NCBI GenBank assembly: GCA_903862855.1 | Contig: CAIOZW010000046.1 | Coordinates: forward strand, 18,587 to 82,586 | DNA: 64,000 bases | Direction of reading: 5' to 3' | DNA from: an uncultured Acidobacteriota bacterium | GTDB lineage: Bacteria > Acidobacteriota > Blastocatellia > RBC074 | Shown: positions 20,233 to 30,201 of the stretch, piece by piece | How positions within the stretch are numbered: position 1 is the first letter of the stretch | How the letters are laid out: each line of letters starts with the position of its first letter | Notes under the pieces: model-generated | Database searches by the model: none | Told to the model about the DNA's origin: nothing | The model's input: the letters and a program-made list of their open reading frames with translations, nothing else | Made by a program: the position numbers and the translations under genes

Positions 20233-23200
20233 ATGATATTCCAGTCATCGTTGAAGAGATATAAAATGACTTTTTCGGTCATTCTTCTACTCCTATTGAT
20301 AGTCAGTAGGCCACAAAATGATGATGTCAGTTCGTCGCATAACCGATCACAATTCAGAGAAGGCTCAGTGCAAGTGGACGGGGTTGAATATTACGGACAA
20401 GTCGTAGGTGGAGCTCACACCGACTTCAAGCCTGCGGTGCAGCCGATTGTGAGCCGGAAGAATAGCCAACTGGGGCTTTTCTTTCCAGAGAGGGCCAATG
20501 AACCCTTTGTTGTCGATGCTGAAGGAGTTCGTGTCACGCTCAAGGCCATCGGTGTGAACGCTGCTCCAATCAAGGTTGGTGAGGGGGAGATTCGTTACCA
20601 GGCGGTCTACACCAAGACAGACAGTCTCCACAAGATAGAAGATGGTCGGAGCGAGGAGTTTCTCTATCTACACGACAAGACTGCCCCAACCAGCTTCGAG
20701 TATGAGTTGACTGCGATTGATGGAACTGACGACGTCTCGCTTAAGTCAGGAGCGATCATCTTCAGTCGCAGTGGAAGCCCAAAACTTCAGATTGAGGCAC
20801 CTTGGGTGATCGACGCTGATGGAAAGCGAAGCGATGAAGCCGTGCGCTGGGAACTTGCTCCATCAGATGATAACGGGAGCCGCCGCTTGCGGCTCAATCT
20901 TGACCCCACAGGTCTGCGTTATCCCCTGACTGTCGATCCGAGCTGGTCGGTTGTTGGATCAATGTCTGTCTCACGTGGTGCGCCAATGGCAGTAAAGCTC
21001 CAAAATGGCAAGGTACTCGTTGTGGGGGATTCGAGTACTTGCGAGCTCTACGATCCAGCTGCGGGGACTTGGAGCACAACCGGATCGCTCTCAGGGTTTA
21101 GAGGTGACGCAACACTTACTCTGTTACAAGATGGAAGGGTTCTTGCAGCCGGTGGGTATGATGGTGCAAGTACATACGGAATGGCCAGCGCAGAGATCTA
21201 TAACCCGTCAACTGGAACCTGGAGCTTGACCGGATCGCTTAGTCAAAAGAGGCAGTCGCATACCGCTACATTGTTGCAAGATGGAAAAGTATTAGTAGTT
21301 GGTGGATACAACTATCCATTTACCGGAGCTGGCACCGACCTCGAATATCCTGAATTGGCAGAGATATATAATCCTTCCACAGGTACTTGGACATCTGCTG
21401 GTAATTCAAGACCGCGTTTGTACCATAAGGCAACTCGGCTAAACAACGGTAAGGTGCTAGTTGTAGGTGGGTATAATAATACCGTCGGAAATACGCAGAC
21501 TGCCGAGCTCTTTGATCCAACTACCAGTAGCTGGGCCGATGCGGGGTCGACCGGAACTCGAATGGAACCCACGGCAACGCTTCTTTCTAATGGCAAAGTA
21601 CTAGTCGTCGGTGGTCGAACCTCTGGAGCTCCTGGATCAGATTCTTCACTGACAACCTCATTGATTTACGATCCAGTGGCTGGAACCTGGTCAAGTACTG
21701 GATCACTAAGTGGGAAGCGCGCGGATCACACTGCAACTTTGTTGTCAAATGGTAACGTTCTGGTTACCGGAGGCGAAAGTCCCCTATTAACATCTTTGTC
21801 AACTTCAGAGATCTATGATTCGACTGCGGGAACTTGGAGTTCATCAGGATCAATGGCAACTGCGCGTCGAAGACATCAGGCAGTATTACTTACAGGTGGG
21901 GCCACGCTAATCATTGGAGGATTTTCAGACAGCACCACAAAGCTGAGCAGTGCTGAGCGCTATGGCGATCCGAATCAGGCCCCGACCATCACGGCAGCGA
22001 GTGGGGTGTCACGAACGGCGGGAAGCGGTTCGAGTAACTCAACCATCGCCACGGTAACCGACGCCGAGACCGCCGTGGGAAGTTTGACCGTCACTGTTAC
22101 CAGCACCAATCCTTCGAATGGGGTGACTGTCTCAAACATTGCCAATACGACTGGAACGATCACTGCTGACATCGTTGCCGCGAGTGGAGCGACGAACGCG
22201 ACCTTCACGCTCCAAGTGAGTGATGGAACTGCAACTACAACTGCCCAGCTTAACGTAACCGTGTCGTCCACACCACCCGTGACTGTTGATACTGGTGATG
22301 CCAGTGGTAGTGGGGTGTCAGCGCAGACTACACCAGGAAGTGTCATTCCTTTGACACAGGTACTTCGCAACAATACATCCACCCCAGTGACTACGACATA
22401 TGTCGGGACTCTGCCCAATGGGTTGGAGCTGGTCACTGGAGGCTGTCAAGCAAACATTGGAACCTGCACTGTTGGTCCTCTTATCGCGCCCTATAATGGG
22501 CCGGATTCACTCCGGCGCAAATTTGTCCAGACTGCTTTGCAAAGTAATGGAGTTGCGACCTGGGTTGGCACAATTCCGGCTAACAGCACGGTGACGATCA
22601 CGTTGCTAGTCAAGGTTAACCAAGACGCATCCAGCGGGACTCTCTGTATCGCATCGACAATTGGTGGAGTAGGAGCGACATCCTCCTGTGTCAAGATTGT
22701 AAACTCATTTGCAGGTCCTGGATTCCCCCAGATTTTTGCTTCGCCACCCAGTCAACAACGCCCGGGGAGTCTGCTCATCTACAACCTTTACACCTCCGGA
22801 ACCAGCAGCGCTTCACAAGACAGCAGAATCGCCTTGACCAACACCAACTCGGTCAATCCGGTCTCGGTGCACCTCTTTATGGTCGATGGGTCGAACTGTT
22901 CGGTTGCCGATCTCTACGTGACACTGACGCAGAATCAGACGGTAAGCCTGATGGCGAGTGATCTCGATCCCGGAATTACCGGGTACATTATCGCTGTCGC
23001 CACTGACAAAAATGGATGTCCAGCCATTCACAACGACCTGATTGGCGAAACATTCGTGAAGTTCGAGAGTGGTCATCGAGCAAACCTGCCGGCGCTCGGC
23101 GTCGCCGGTCTTCTTCCGGGAAATCCACTCTGTACACCAGACTCGGTTACCGCGACCATTGCCTTCGATGGCGTACAGTACAACGAACTGCCAAGATCTC

Positions 23201-23601
23201 TGACCATCAGCAACCTGCCGCCACCGGCGACTGGCAATAGTACAATGCTCATCGTCAACCGCATCGGAGGAGATATGGCCGTCGGAGCACAGACTCTCGG
23301 AAATATTGCCGGCTTACTGTTTGACGATACCGAGACTTCACAGAGCTTCGTTCTAACCGGAGGTAGCTGCCAGTTGCGAGGTATCCTCGGGAACAACTTC
23401 CCCCGGACGGCTCCACGCTACACGACGGTCATACCCGCCGGACGGTCGGGGTGGATGAAGTTCTGGACGAACGACAATCAGGCGATCACTGGTGCGGTGA
23501 TCAACGAGGCCTCGATCGGGTTCAGTAACGGTCATAACCTCCACTATCTGACAACAACCAATACCGCCAGCCTGACTATTCCGGTCTTCCCGGCTGAATA
23601 G
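20233..23601 (+). CDS. Large secreted Kelch/galactose-oxidase-type beta-propeller protein with a DUF11-like segment and the same unassigned C-terminal domain as the 13433-16993 protein.
   Basis: Signal peptide. Repeated Kelch-like blades (GKVLVVGG / DGRVLAAGGYDG ... Y.P.TGTWS). C-terminal 280 aa are paralogous to the FG-GAP protein. The N-terminal 2.5 kb has markedly lower GC. Confidence 0.7.
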   Translation: MIFQSSLKRYKMTFSVILLLLLIVSRPQNDDVSSSHNRSQFREGSVQVDGVEYYGQVVGGAHTDFKPAVQPIVSRKNSQLGLFFPERANEPFVVDAEGVRVTLKAIGVNAAPIKVGEGEIRYQAVYTKTDSLHKIEDGRSEEFLYLHDKTAPTSFEYELTAIDGTDDVSLKSGAIIFSRSGSPKLQIEAPWVIDADGKRSDEAVRWELAPSDDNGSRRLRLNLDPTGLRYPLTVDPSWSVVGSMSVSRGAPMAVKLQNGKVLVVGDSSTCELYDPAAGTWSTTGSLSGFRGDATLTLLQDGRVLAAGGYDGASTYGMASAEIYNPSTGTWSLTGSLSQKRQSHTATLLQDGKVLVVGGYNYPFTGAGTDLEYPELAEIYNPSTGTWTSAGNSRPRLYHKATRLNNGKVLVVGGYNNTVGNTQTAELFDPTTSSWADAGSTGTRMEPTATLLSNGKVLVVGGRTSGAPGSDSSLTTSLIYDPVAGTWSSTGSLSGKRADHTATLLSNGNVLVTGGESPLLTSLSTSEIYDSTAGTWSSSGSMATARRRHQAVLLTGGATLIIGGFSDSTTKLSSAERYGDPNQAPTITAASGVSRTAGSGSSNSTIATVTDAETAVGSLTVTVTSTNPSNGVTVSNIANTTGTITADIVAASGATNATFTLQVSDGTATTTAQLNVTVSSTPPVTVDTGDASGSGVSAQTTPGSVIPLTQVLRNNTSTPVTTTYVGTLPNGLELVTGGCQANIGTCTVGPLIAPYNGPDSLRRKFVQTALQSNGVATWVGTIPANSTVTITLLVKVNQDASSGTLCIASTIGGVGATSSCVKIVNSFAGPGFPQIFASPPSQQRPGSLLIYNLYTSGTSSASQDSRIALTNTNSVNPVSVHLFMVDGSNCSVADLYVTLTQNQTVSLMASDLDPGITGYIIAVATDKNGCPAIHNDLIGETFVKFESGHRANLPALGVAGLLPGNPLCTPDSVTATIAFDGVQYNELPRSLTISNLPPPATGNSTMLIVNRIGGDMAVGAQTLGNIAGLLFDDTETSQSFVLTGGSCQLRGILGNNFPRTAPRYTTVIPAGRSGWMKFWTNDNQAITGAVINEASIGFSNGHNLHYLTTTNTASLTIPVFPAE

Positions 23602-23613
23602 TCACAATCTGTC

Positions 23614-23645
23614 AAAAGAAGAGGGCCTGCTGGCCCTCTTCTTTT
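23614..23645 (+). terminator. Rho-independent terminator of the Kelch gene.
   Basis: aaaagaagagggcc-tgct-ggccctcttctttt perfect hairpin with a T-run, 13 nt after the stop codon. Confidence 0.7.
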
Positions 23646-23866
23646 GACACAAACATCATCACTGCTTGTGTAACGATCCTCGAAAGCAACTGAAGACTGG
23701 TACCTGATGATCCCCCGCCATACCATTCCATTGCCGCACCGCTACTAGTGCTGATTTTGGTCACCTGGAATCATCACGCCTGGCTCGATCCAATCCCCAT
23801 CTCCACTTCTTCGCCGTGACACTATCTCCAATTTTTGACCAGCATAATGTTACGCAGTCCGACACT
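23645..23866. repeat. Copy B of the ~215 bp repeat. It includes a 14-codon remnant (...VGLRNIMLVKNWR*) of the regulator's 3' end on the minus strand.
   Basis: About 96% nucleotide identity to 17208-17428. The remnant reading frame ends with the same stop as the regulator gene in copy A. Confidence 0.7.
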
Positions 23867-24410
23867 GGGACTGCGTTAGGGGCGCGGGACTCCGGCTCGC
23901 ATTCACTGCGCCACAGGTCAACTCCGCCTGATCATCGAGGCGATCTACCCCTGATCCGGGGTTTATTGGATTGGTCTGGTGGATGGCGATTGGCCGATGG
24001 GGTAGGGCGAATTCCATCCAGTTCGAAGAGGTATCTTCCGGGACAACCAGGCCATCCCGGCGATATCTATTTTCCCTCTCTTCTCCCTTGATATGAATTC
24101 CCATCCGGGTTCGCCTTCCGAGTCCCACAAAAAATTGAGTCAGTTCAAGTGGAGGAGACCAGATGCAGCCGTTCACTGTTAAACTATTCTCTTACCTTTT
24201 ATGCACCAGGCCGGTAATATTCTTTCAGGCGCAACGGTCGGGAAAGAGTCGGGCTGGATTCCCCCTATTCTTTAACAAGAGTTGACAAGGGTTGGGGGCG
24301 ATCTGATTACTGCGGTTATTTTGCCATCCCATCAACCTGAAAGACCGGCAAGAATGATGCCAGCTTTATCAAATGGTGTGAGCAATCCTCTGGAAACAAG
24401 GTCAAGTTCT

Positions 24411-25991
24411 ATGTTGAGAGTATCTTCATTACTACTGGTAACGATTCTGCTCTTCTGGTCAACCGCCGCCTCGGTAAAGGCGACGGACGACGTAGGTGAG
24501 TCCACTGGAGCGGCAGTCTATTTTGAAGAGAAGGAACTCTTCAGGTTGCACGACCGGGTCGGTTCAATAACGCCCACGGAGCGGGCCGAGCTGATCACAC
24601 GCCACATCGATGACCTCGCCTACAATCCGTTTCGTGAGTATGAGGGACTGACGATTGTCGAGGGTGAGTCGTGGACCGACCTGGTCGCCGCACGACGGAT
24701 CATCCTCACCCTCACCGATATCGACGCCCGCGCTGAGGGAATGGAGCGTCGCCAAATGGCAATGCGCTGCCAGGAGATCATCGATCGTGCGGTGCGCGAG
24801 GCTCGGGAACGTCACCGATCCTCTTCACGACTGAAGAGTGCGCTGATCGCCGTGTTCAACACCATACTGCTTGTGCTCGTTCTGAATCTGCTCGGACGGG
24901 CCTTCCGTTTCGCCGGTAACTGGATTGAGGGAACGCTTGGATCGACTGCCGGAAACGGCTGGCTGCAGCGGCTCCGCGTCGTCAGGTCGGGACGGTTGCA
25001 GCGATTTCTGACCGGGCCGCTTCAACTCGTTCGCCTGCTGCTGGTTCTTCTCCTCCTGGTAATCTACCTCACCTCCACGCTTGGACTCTTTCCCTCGACC
25101 CGGCGTATCGCGACGCAGATTGAAGATCAGATTCGCCAGGCCATGGCTCTCCTCTGGGAGATGTTCATCGGGTATCTTCCAAATCTCTTCGTCCTGCTGA
25201 TGATCATCCTGATTGTCTGGGGAGCACTGAAGATTGCACGCGTTGTATTTGAAGAGCTTCGCCACGGGACGGTGAAGATTATCGGGTTCGATGCCGAATG
25301 GGCCGGCTTCACCCACCGGATCGCGGCCTTTCTGATCATCATTGTCGCCGCCATTGTCGCATTTCCCTACCTGCCGGGAGCCAAGTCGCCGGCCTTCCAG
25401 GGCATCTCGATCTTTCTGGGCGTGCTCATCTCTCTCTCATCCAGTTCGCTCATCTCGAACATCCTGGCCGGAGTTATCCTGACCTATACTGGCGCTTTCC
25501 GGATCAACGACCGGATCCGCATCGGCGAGGTGACTGGCGATGTGATCGAAAAGCGGCTGCTGGTGACGATTCTGCGGACGATCAAGAATGAGGACGTCTC
25601 CATTCCCAACTCGCTGGTCATCAACAACCACATCGTCAACTACTCTGCCCAGGCCCGATCAACCGGACTGATTCTTCATAGCACGGTGACCATCGGTTAC
25701 GATACTCCCTGGAGAAAGGTGGAGGAGCTGCTGGTCAATGCCGCCCTCTCCACCCAGGGTGTCATGCCCCAACCGCCACCATTCGTGCTCCAGACGGCGC
25801 TCAACGACTTCAATGTCAGTTATGAACTGAATGCCCACACCAGTCTTCCATTCGAGATGGCCAACATCTACTCTGAACTCCACCGAAACATCCAGGAGAA
25901 GTTCACCGCAGCCGGCGTCGAGATCATGTCGCCGGGATACCTCGCGCTCCGTGATGGAAACAGATCGACCGTGCCGACGTCGAATTCCTGA
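24411..25991 (+). CDS. Mechanosensitive ion channel, MscS family, with an N-terminal signal peptide and periplasmic domain.
   Basis: TM3/MscS core ISIFLGVLISLSSSSLISNILAGVILTYTGAFRINDRIRIGEVTGDVIEKRLLVT. Start chosen at ATG 24411 (signal peptide); the ORF-track TTG at 24282 coincides with a TTGACA -35-like hexamer. Confidence 0.75.
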   Translation: MLRVSSLLLVTILLFWSTAASVKATDDVGESTGAAVYFEEKELFRLHDRVGSITPTERAELITRHIDDLAYNPFREYEGLTIVEGESWTDLVAARRIILTLTDIDARAEGMERRQMAMRCQEIIDRAVREARERHRSSSRLKSALIAVFNTILLVLVLNLLGRAFRFAGNWIEGTLGSTAGNGWLQRLRVVRSGRLQRFLTGPLQLVRLLLVLLLLVIYLTSTLGLFPSTRRIATQIEDQIRQAMALLWEMFIGYLPNLFVLLMIILIVWGALKIARVVFEELRHGTVKIIGFDAEWAGFTHRIAAFLIIIVAAIVAFPYLPGAKSPAFQGISIFLGVLISLSSSSLISNILAGVILTYTGAFRINDRIRIGEVTGDVIEKRLLVTILRTIKNEDVSIPNSLVINNHIVNYSAQARSTGLILHSTVTIGYDTPWRKVEELLVNAALSTQGVMPQPPPFVLQTALNDFNVSYELNAHTSLPFEMANIYSELHRNIQEKFTAAGVEIMSPGYLALRDGNRSTVPTSNS

Positions 25992-25998
25992 TATGGTC

Positions 25999-28020
25999 TC
26001 AGCGGTGCCGATATCTCAAACCACTCCCGAACCGATAGAGCGGGTGCGGAGTATCATATGGCCGATCTTCGGCCTGCGCTCGCACCTCATCCATCGACGA
26101 CGGCAGCTCGAAGGGGAGCCTCCCCTGCGGTGGAACTCTGCCGAGGAGGACATCGAAGAGCGCCGGGTCGCTGACACCAAAATTGGCGAGAAGGGCACTT
26201 GACTTTTCACGGACATTGGTGAGGATCGCCGGTCGATCGAGGTAGATGCTGACAATCGTCGGTACTTTTGCGCTGGCCGCCTTGATCACCTCATAATCGG
26301 GATGTCCATCGATGAACCGCAGATCTCCCTCATGCTGCCGAAGACCAAAAAAGTAACCTGGATGAAGCGTCTCAAATGGCGCGACGACGCGCAGGATCGC
26401 CAGATCGGCGTCCTCCAGACGCTCAACAACGGTGAAACCGTTCGCCCTTGCTACCGCCGGATCGATCTTGTAAAGAAAGAGTCTCTGCGGGCGGTCCGTA
26501 CTGGCAGGTCGCAGAGGGAGTATCTGCTGGCGATTCTCGAGCAGGACGATCGCCCGGCTCTGAGCGACACGACCGGCAGAGATAAAGCGGCGGTTGGCAA
26601 AGAGCGCCTCGGCCTTCGCCAGCTCGACATATGGATTGTCGAAGAGACCCAGTTCAAACTTCTGGCGCATGATCCTTGTCACGGACTGATCGAGACGAGC
26701 CTCGGTGAGCCTTCCCGCCCGGACCGCCTCGACCAGCAGCGACGTCTCCTCCACTCCCCCAAACTGATCGAGACCGGCTTCGACCCCCTTGATGAAACGC
26801 TCAATTCTCGTCAGCCCCTCGACTCCCCATGGCATGCCGATATGGGCTGGTGTCGGAACCTCTCCTGCCGGTAGTCCATCGACGCAGGGGCCGGTACAGT
26901 CATTGGTGATCGCCCAGTCGCTGAGAATCACCCCGCGAAAGCCATATCGCCCGCGCAGCTCTTCGGTCAGCAGCTGCCGACTGAATCCTGCCCCAACCTG
27001 TTCAAGCCGTCGTCCATGCAGGACAACATCCCGCGGGATCGGATAGGTCGGCATGACTCCGGCAACTCCAGCGGCAAAGGCTCCGGTAAATGGAATGATG
27101 TGGTACGAGAAGTTACGACCCGGAAAGTTGCTGTACTTACCATAGGCTGAATGGCCATCAAACCCCTCCGGCTGGGCCCCATACCCTACCCAGTGCTTGA
27201 CGACCGTAATCACACTTCCCAGGTTGAGTCCGGTCGCCCCATTCTGGAACCCGGTGATGTATGACTCGACCATCCGTCTTGTCAACCGGGCATCCTCTCC
27301 AAAAGTGCCGACCGTCCTGCTCCAGCGCGGCTCGGTTGCCAGATCGGCTTGCGGTGAGAGGGCCATGTGGATGCCAACTGCACGATACTCCTGACGTGCA
27401 ATATCACCAAAGCGACGCGTCAAGGCCGGCTCCCCGATGGCCGCCAGGCCTAGTGTCTCCGGCCACTGCGAGAATCCGTTCCCACTCTCGTTGGCTCCCA
27501 GAACATATTGAAAATGGTGGCGTGGATCGGTACTGATTGTCAGTGGGATTCCCAACCGGGACTCCTCTGCCAGCTCCTGCAGGAGATTGCTCTGCTCTGC
27601 CAGCTCGCGGGGCGTCCCACGAAGCCGGGTGATGAAGCTGTTGACCTTTGCCTGATCGATCAACCCGCGGACCGCCGTGAGATCATAACGGGTTCCTGCG
27701 CCAATCGAACCAAGTGGACCATCCGCGCGAAGAGTCCCGTGCATCATTGCCCCGGCCTTCTCTTCAAGCGTCATCCTTCGAACCAGATCTCGCGTCCGCT
27801 CCGCGGTTGTCCGGCGCCAGTCCTCGTATGGATCAAGCTGACCATTCCGGTTGAGATCCCGGAAACCAAGCCGGCCAATCGTCAACTTCGGGGCTTTTCG
27901 CGACGTGACGCGCTGTTGCGCCTCAACATTCAACTGAAGAGGCCTCCAGAACGACCAGACTGTTGAGCATCCGATCAAGGCCGTGATCATTGCCCACCGA
28001 AGAGGTGATCTTACATTCAT
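25999..28020 (-). CDS. Glycoside hydrolase family 3 (beta-glucosidase / beta-hexosaminidase-like), secreted.
   Basis: Signal peptide. The GH3 N-domain contains KHWVGYG. About 673 aa. Confidence 0.75.
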   Translation of the reverse strand: MNVRSPLRWAMITALIGCSTVWSFWRPLQLNVEAQQRVTSRKAPKLTIGRLGFRDLNRNGQLDPYEDWRRTTAERTRDLVRRMTLEEKAGAMMHGTLRADGPLGSIGAGTRYDLTAVRGLIDQAKVNSFITRLRGTPRELAEQSNLLQELAEESRLGIPLTISTDPRHHFQYVLGANESGNGFSQWPETLGLAAIGEPALTRRFGDIARQEYRAVGIHMALSPQADLATEPRWSRTVGTFGEDARLTRRMVESYITGFQNGATGLNLGSVITVVKHWVGYGAQPEGFDGHSAYGKYSNFPGRNFSYHIIPFTGAFAAGVAGVMPTYPIPRDVVLHGRRLEQVGAGFSRQLLTEELRGRYGFRGVILSDWAITNDCTGPCVDGLPAGEVPTPAHIGMPWGVEGLTRIERFIKGVEAGLDQFGGVEETSLLVEAVRAGRLTEARLDQSVTRIMRQKFELGLFDNPYVELAKAEALFANRRFISAGRVAQSRAIVLLENRQQILPLRPASTDRPQRLFLYKIDPAVARANGFTVVERLEDADLAILRVVAPFETLHPGYFFGLRQHEGDLRFIDGHPDYEVIKAASAKVPTIVSIYLDRPAILTNVREKSSALLANFGVSDPALFDVLLGRVPPQGRLPFELPSSMDEVRAQAEDRPYDTPHPLYRFGSGLRYRHR

Positions 28021-28255
28021 GTCGCTTCCCCCATTACTGTAAAGGTGTGATCTGAATCGTCATCAGGGTGCGTCATACGCTGCGGTTTGGCAATACCAGA
28101 ACGATCAGAAGTGAGTTCCAGCCTGTTCAAATGCGACTGGCCGATTTTATCGGCATAGATCACGTGAATTACCAATCTGGCTGGCTTTCTGTTTATGCTG
28201 GATGGTGGTGATTCTTGGTATCGGTGAGGAGTTGAGAATCAGGGAGGAGGGTTGA

Positions 28256-28329
<74 letters not shown>

Positions 28330-28411
28330 GCTTTTTTGAGGTCACTCAAAAAAAGCAAAGTAGCATAATTCAGCCCATACTTCCAGAGGATCAGCCATTT
28401 TTTTGACCAGG

Positions 28412-28850
28412 TGTCGTACCACTACCGGGGCAATCGCATTCTCCCTCAGAATCTGCACTAGCCCAGTTTGAAGTGCCCCAACAGGGCGCAGCATACCAGC
28501 CCAAGGCAAGGTCCTGGGAAAATTTAACCAAGCCACAAATAACCTCGACACATTGATGCGATCACCGGCCCCATCGAAACAAAACGAATGTATGGGCGGT
28601 TCGTCAACCGGTCCTCCTTCGCGCCTTTGCGTCTTCGCGTGAGGCCACCAGGAACCCTCCAGTCAGAGAGATCTCACACAAAGACACGAAGCCAAAGAGC
28701 CAAAGAGATAACTGGAATGTAAATGCGATTGTCCTGGTGCCACTACCCGGGGCAATCGCACTTTCCCGCCATGATCTTCGCGGCCGGCCTACTTATTGGC
28801 TTCGTGTGCGGTCCCTCTGAGAGTCCTGGTAGCCTCACGCGAAGGCGCTC
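28412..28850. repeat. Repeat-rich non-coding tract between the tRNA and plsC. It has a ~35 bp direct repeat (ccactaccggggcaatcgca...tccc at 28412-28447 and 28730-28768) and a 22 bp inverted repeat (28629-28650 vs 28829-28850).
   Basis: tcttcgcgtgaggccaccagga vs its reverse complement ccttcgcgtgaggctaccagga 200 bp away. The ggcYaccagga motif occurs 3 times in both orientations. Confidence 0.5.
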
Positions 28851-29471
28851 TCAAGTGGCGAGGGCCGAAGCGACGATCTGGCGGAGTTTGTCCGTCTGAG
28901 TGCGGAGAAACTCTCTTGACGGCTCCTCACCTGCTGGAAGTTGAAGATGGATCGGTGGATGGTAGACGATGCGGACCTTTCTTGGTCGAGGAAGGAGATG
29001 GTGAAACGAGAAGGCCTGATAAGCCCCGATGATCGTCACCGGGACAATCGGCACTCCAGCTTCGATGGCCAGAAGAACCGCACCAGCCTTGAACTTCATG
29101 AGCGCACCGGTCTGAGTTCGACCACCCTCCGGGAAGACGACCAGACCGCCTCCGCCGCGAAGCTGTTCCGCGGCGACGCGGAGGGCCTGGCGATCGGCCC
29201 GGTCGATATTGACCGGAAATGATCCAAAAGCGCGCATCAGCGGACCGATCAGCGGCTTGCGGGTCATGACATCCCAGGTCATATAACGCATTGGCCGGCG
29301 CACGGGCACCGAGATCCAGATCGGGTCAAAGTAACTGACGTGGTTGGGCGTCATCAGAAATGGGCCCGTAGTCGGGATGTTCTCCACTCCACGATACTCG
29401 ACTCGGAAATAGACGTGGGAGATGATCGAGGCCATCAGTCTGACTATTCTGAAGATCCAGATATTGGGCAT
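28851..29471 (-). CDS. plsC: 1-acyl-sn-glycerol-3-phosphate acyltransferase.
   Basis: LPLAT motifs NHVSYFD (HxxxxD), FPEGGRT and a PIVPV block. 206 aa. Confidence 0.8.
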   Translation of the reverse strand: MPNIWIFRIVRLMASIISHVYFRVEYRGVENIPTTGPFLMTPNHVSYFDPIWISVPVRRPMRYMTWDVMTRKPLIGPLMRAFGSFPVNIDRADRQALRVAAEQLRGGGGLVVFPEGGRTQTGALMKFKAGAVLLAIEAGVPIVPVTIIGAYQAFSFHHLLPRPRKVRIVYHPPIHLQLPAGEEPSREFLRTQTDKLRQIVASALAT

Positions 29472-29651
29472 AGGTCAAATTCGCCAGAATTCCTTAAGAT
29501 CCTTTAATATGTTCCACATTCGATTCTGAGTGCCATCCATTTTTCCCATATCCGTGACACATTCTCAACCAATTAAACAATCGTATGGTGAGATTTTCCG
29601 GTAGAAACCATCTTCACTTTGAATAGAATGTTTTTTGTGGAGGTAACTTTA

Positions 29652-30098
29652 ATGCCCTATTCCGAACTCTTGATCAAACCGATGCGCGAGGATCTGACGA
29701 ATGCCGGCATCGAGGAAGCGCGAACACCTGAGCTGGTTGACGAGGCCGTCAATGGCACGACGGGGACGCTGATGGTCGTTGTCAATTCGGTTTGTGGCTG
29801 CGCGGCCGGCAAAGCTCGCCCGGGGGTAGTCGACGCACTGCGCAATGATGTCCGCCCCGCCCGGACAATCACGGTCTTTGCTGGAGCAGACATTGCGGCC
29901 ACTGATCGTGCGCGGAGCTACTTCACTGGTTACCCGCCGTCATCCCCCTCAATCGCGCTCCTGAAGAATGGCAAACTTGTCTACATGATGGAGCGTTACC
30001 AGATCGAAGGACGCGATGCCCAACAGATCTCTGCCGAGTTGAAGAAGGCCTTCGATCTGTTCTGTCAAGCGCCCGGACAGATGGCCACCGGTGGCTGA
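29652..30098 (+). CDS. Bacilliredoxin-family protein (BrxA/BrxB, YphP/YqiW, DUF1094) with a CGC redox motif.
   Basis: TLMVVVNSVCGCAAG...TVFAGADI...YFTGYPPSSPSIALLKNGKLV closely matches the B. subtilis YphP/YqiW pattern. Start placed at ATG 29652. Confidence 0.7.
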   Translation: MPYSELLIKPMREDLTNAGIEEARTPELVDEAVNGTTGTLMVVVNSVCGCAAGKARPGVVDALRNDVRPARTITVFAGADIAATDRARSYFTGYPPSSPSIALLKNGKLVYMMERYQIEGRDAQQISAELKKAFDLFCQAPGQMATGG

Positions 30099-30201
30099 TT
30101 CTGATCCTTTGCGAACAGGTCTGTTCGCCACGAAGTGATTTCGAAAAAGCGTGCCGACCGGAACGGTCGGTCAACTGGCTTTTACATCCTGGAACCTGTC
30201 A

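Noticed and set aside
23850-24176. 108 aa minus-strand ORF downstream of repeat copy B.
   Set aside because: No RBS, no similarity to the regulator or anything recognisable. Lies in a mixed-GC non-coding stretch. A dead remnant at best.
28342-28551. 69 aa minus-strand ORF in the tRNA-adjacent repeat tract.
   Set aside because: No RBS. It spans the direct repeat unit and is more likely non-coding repeat sequence.
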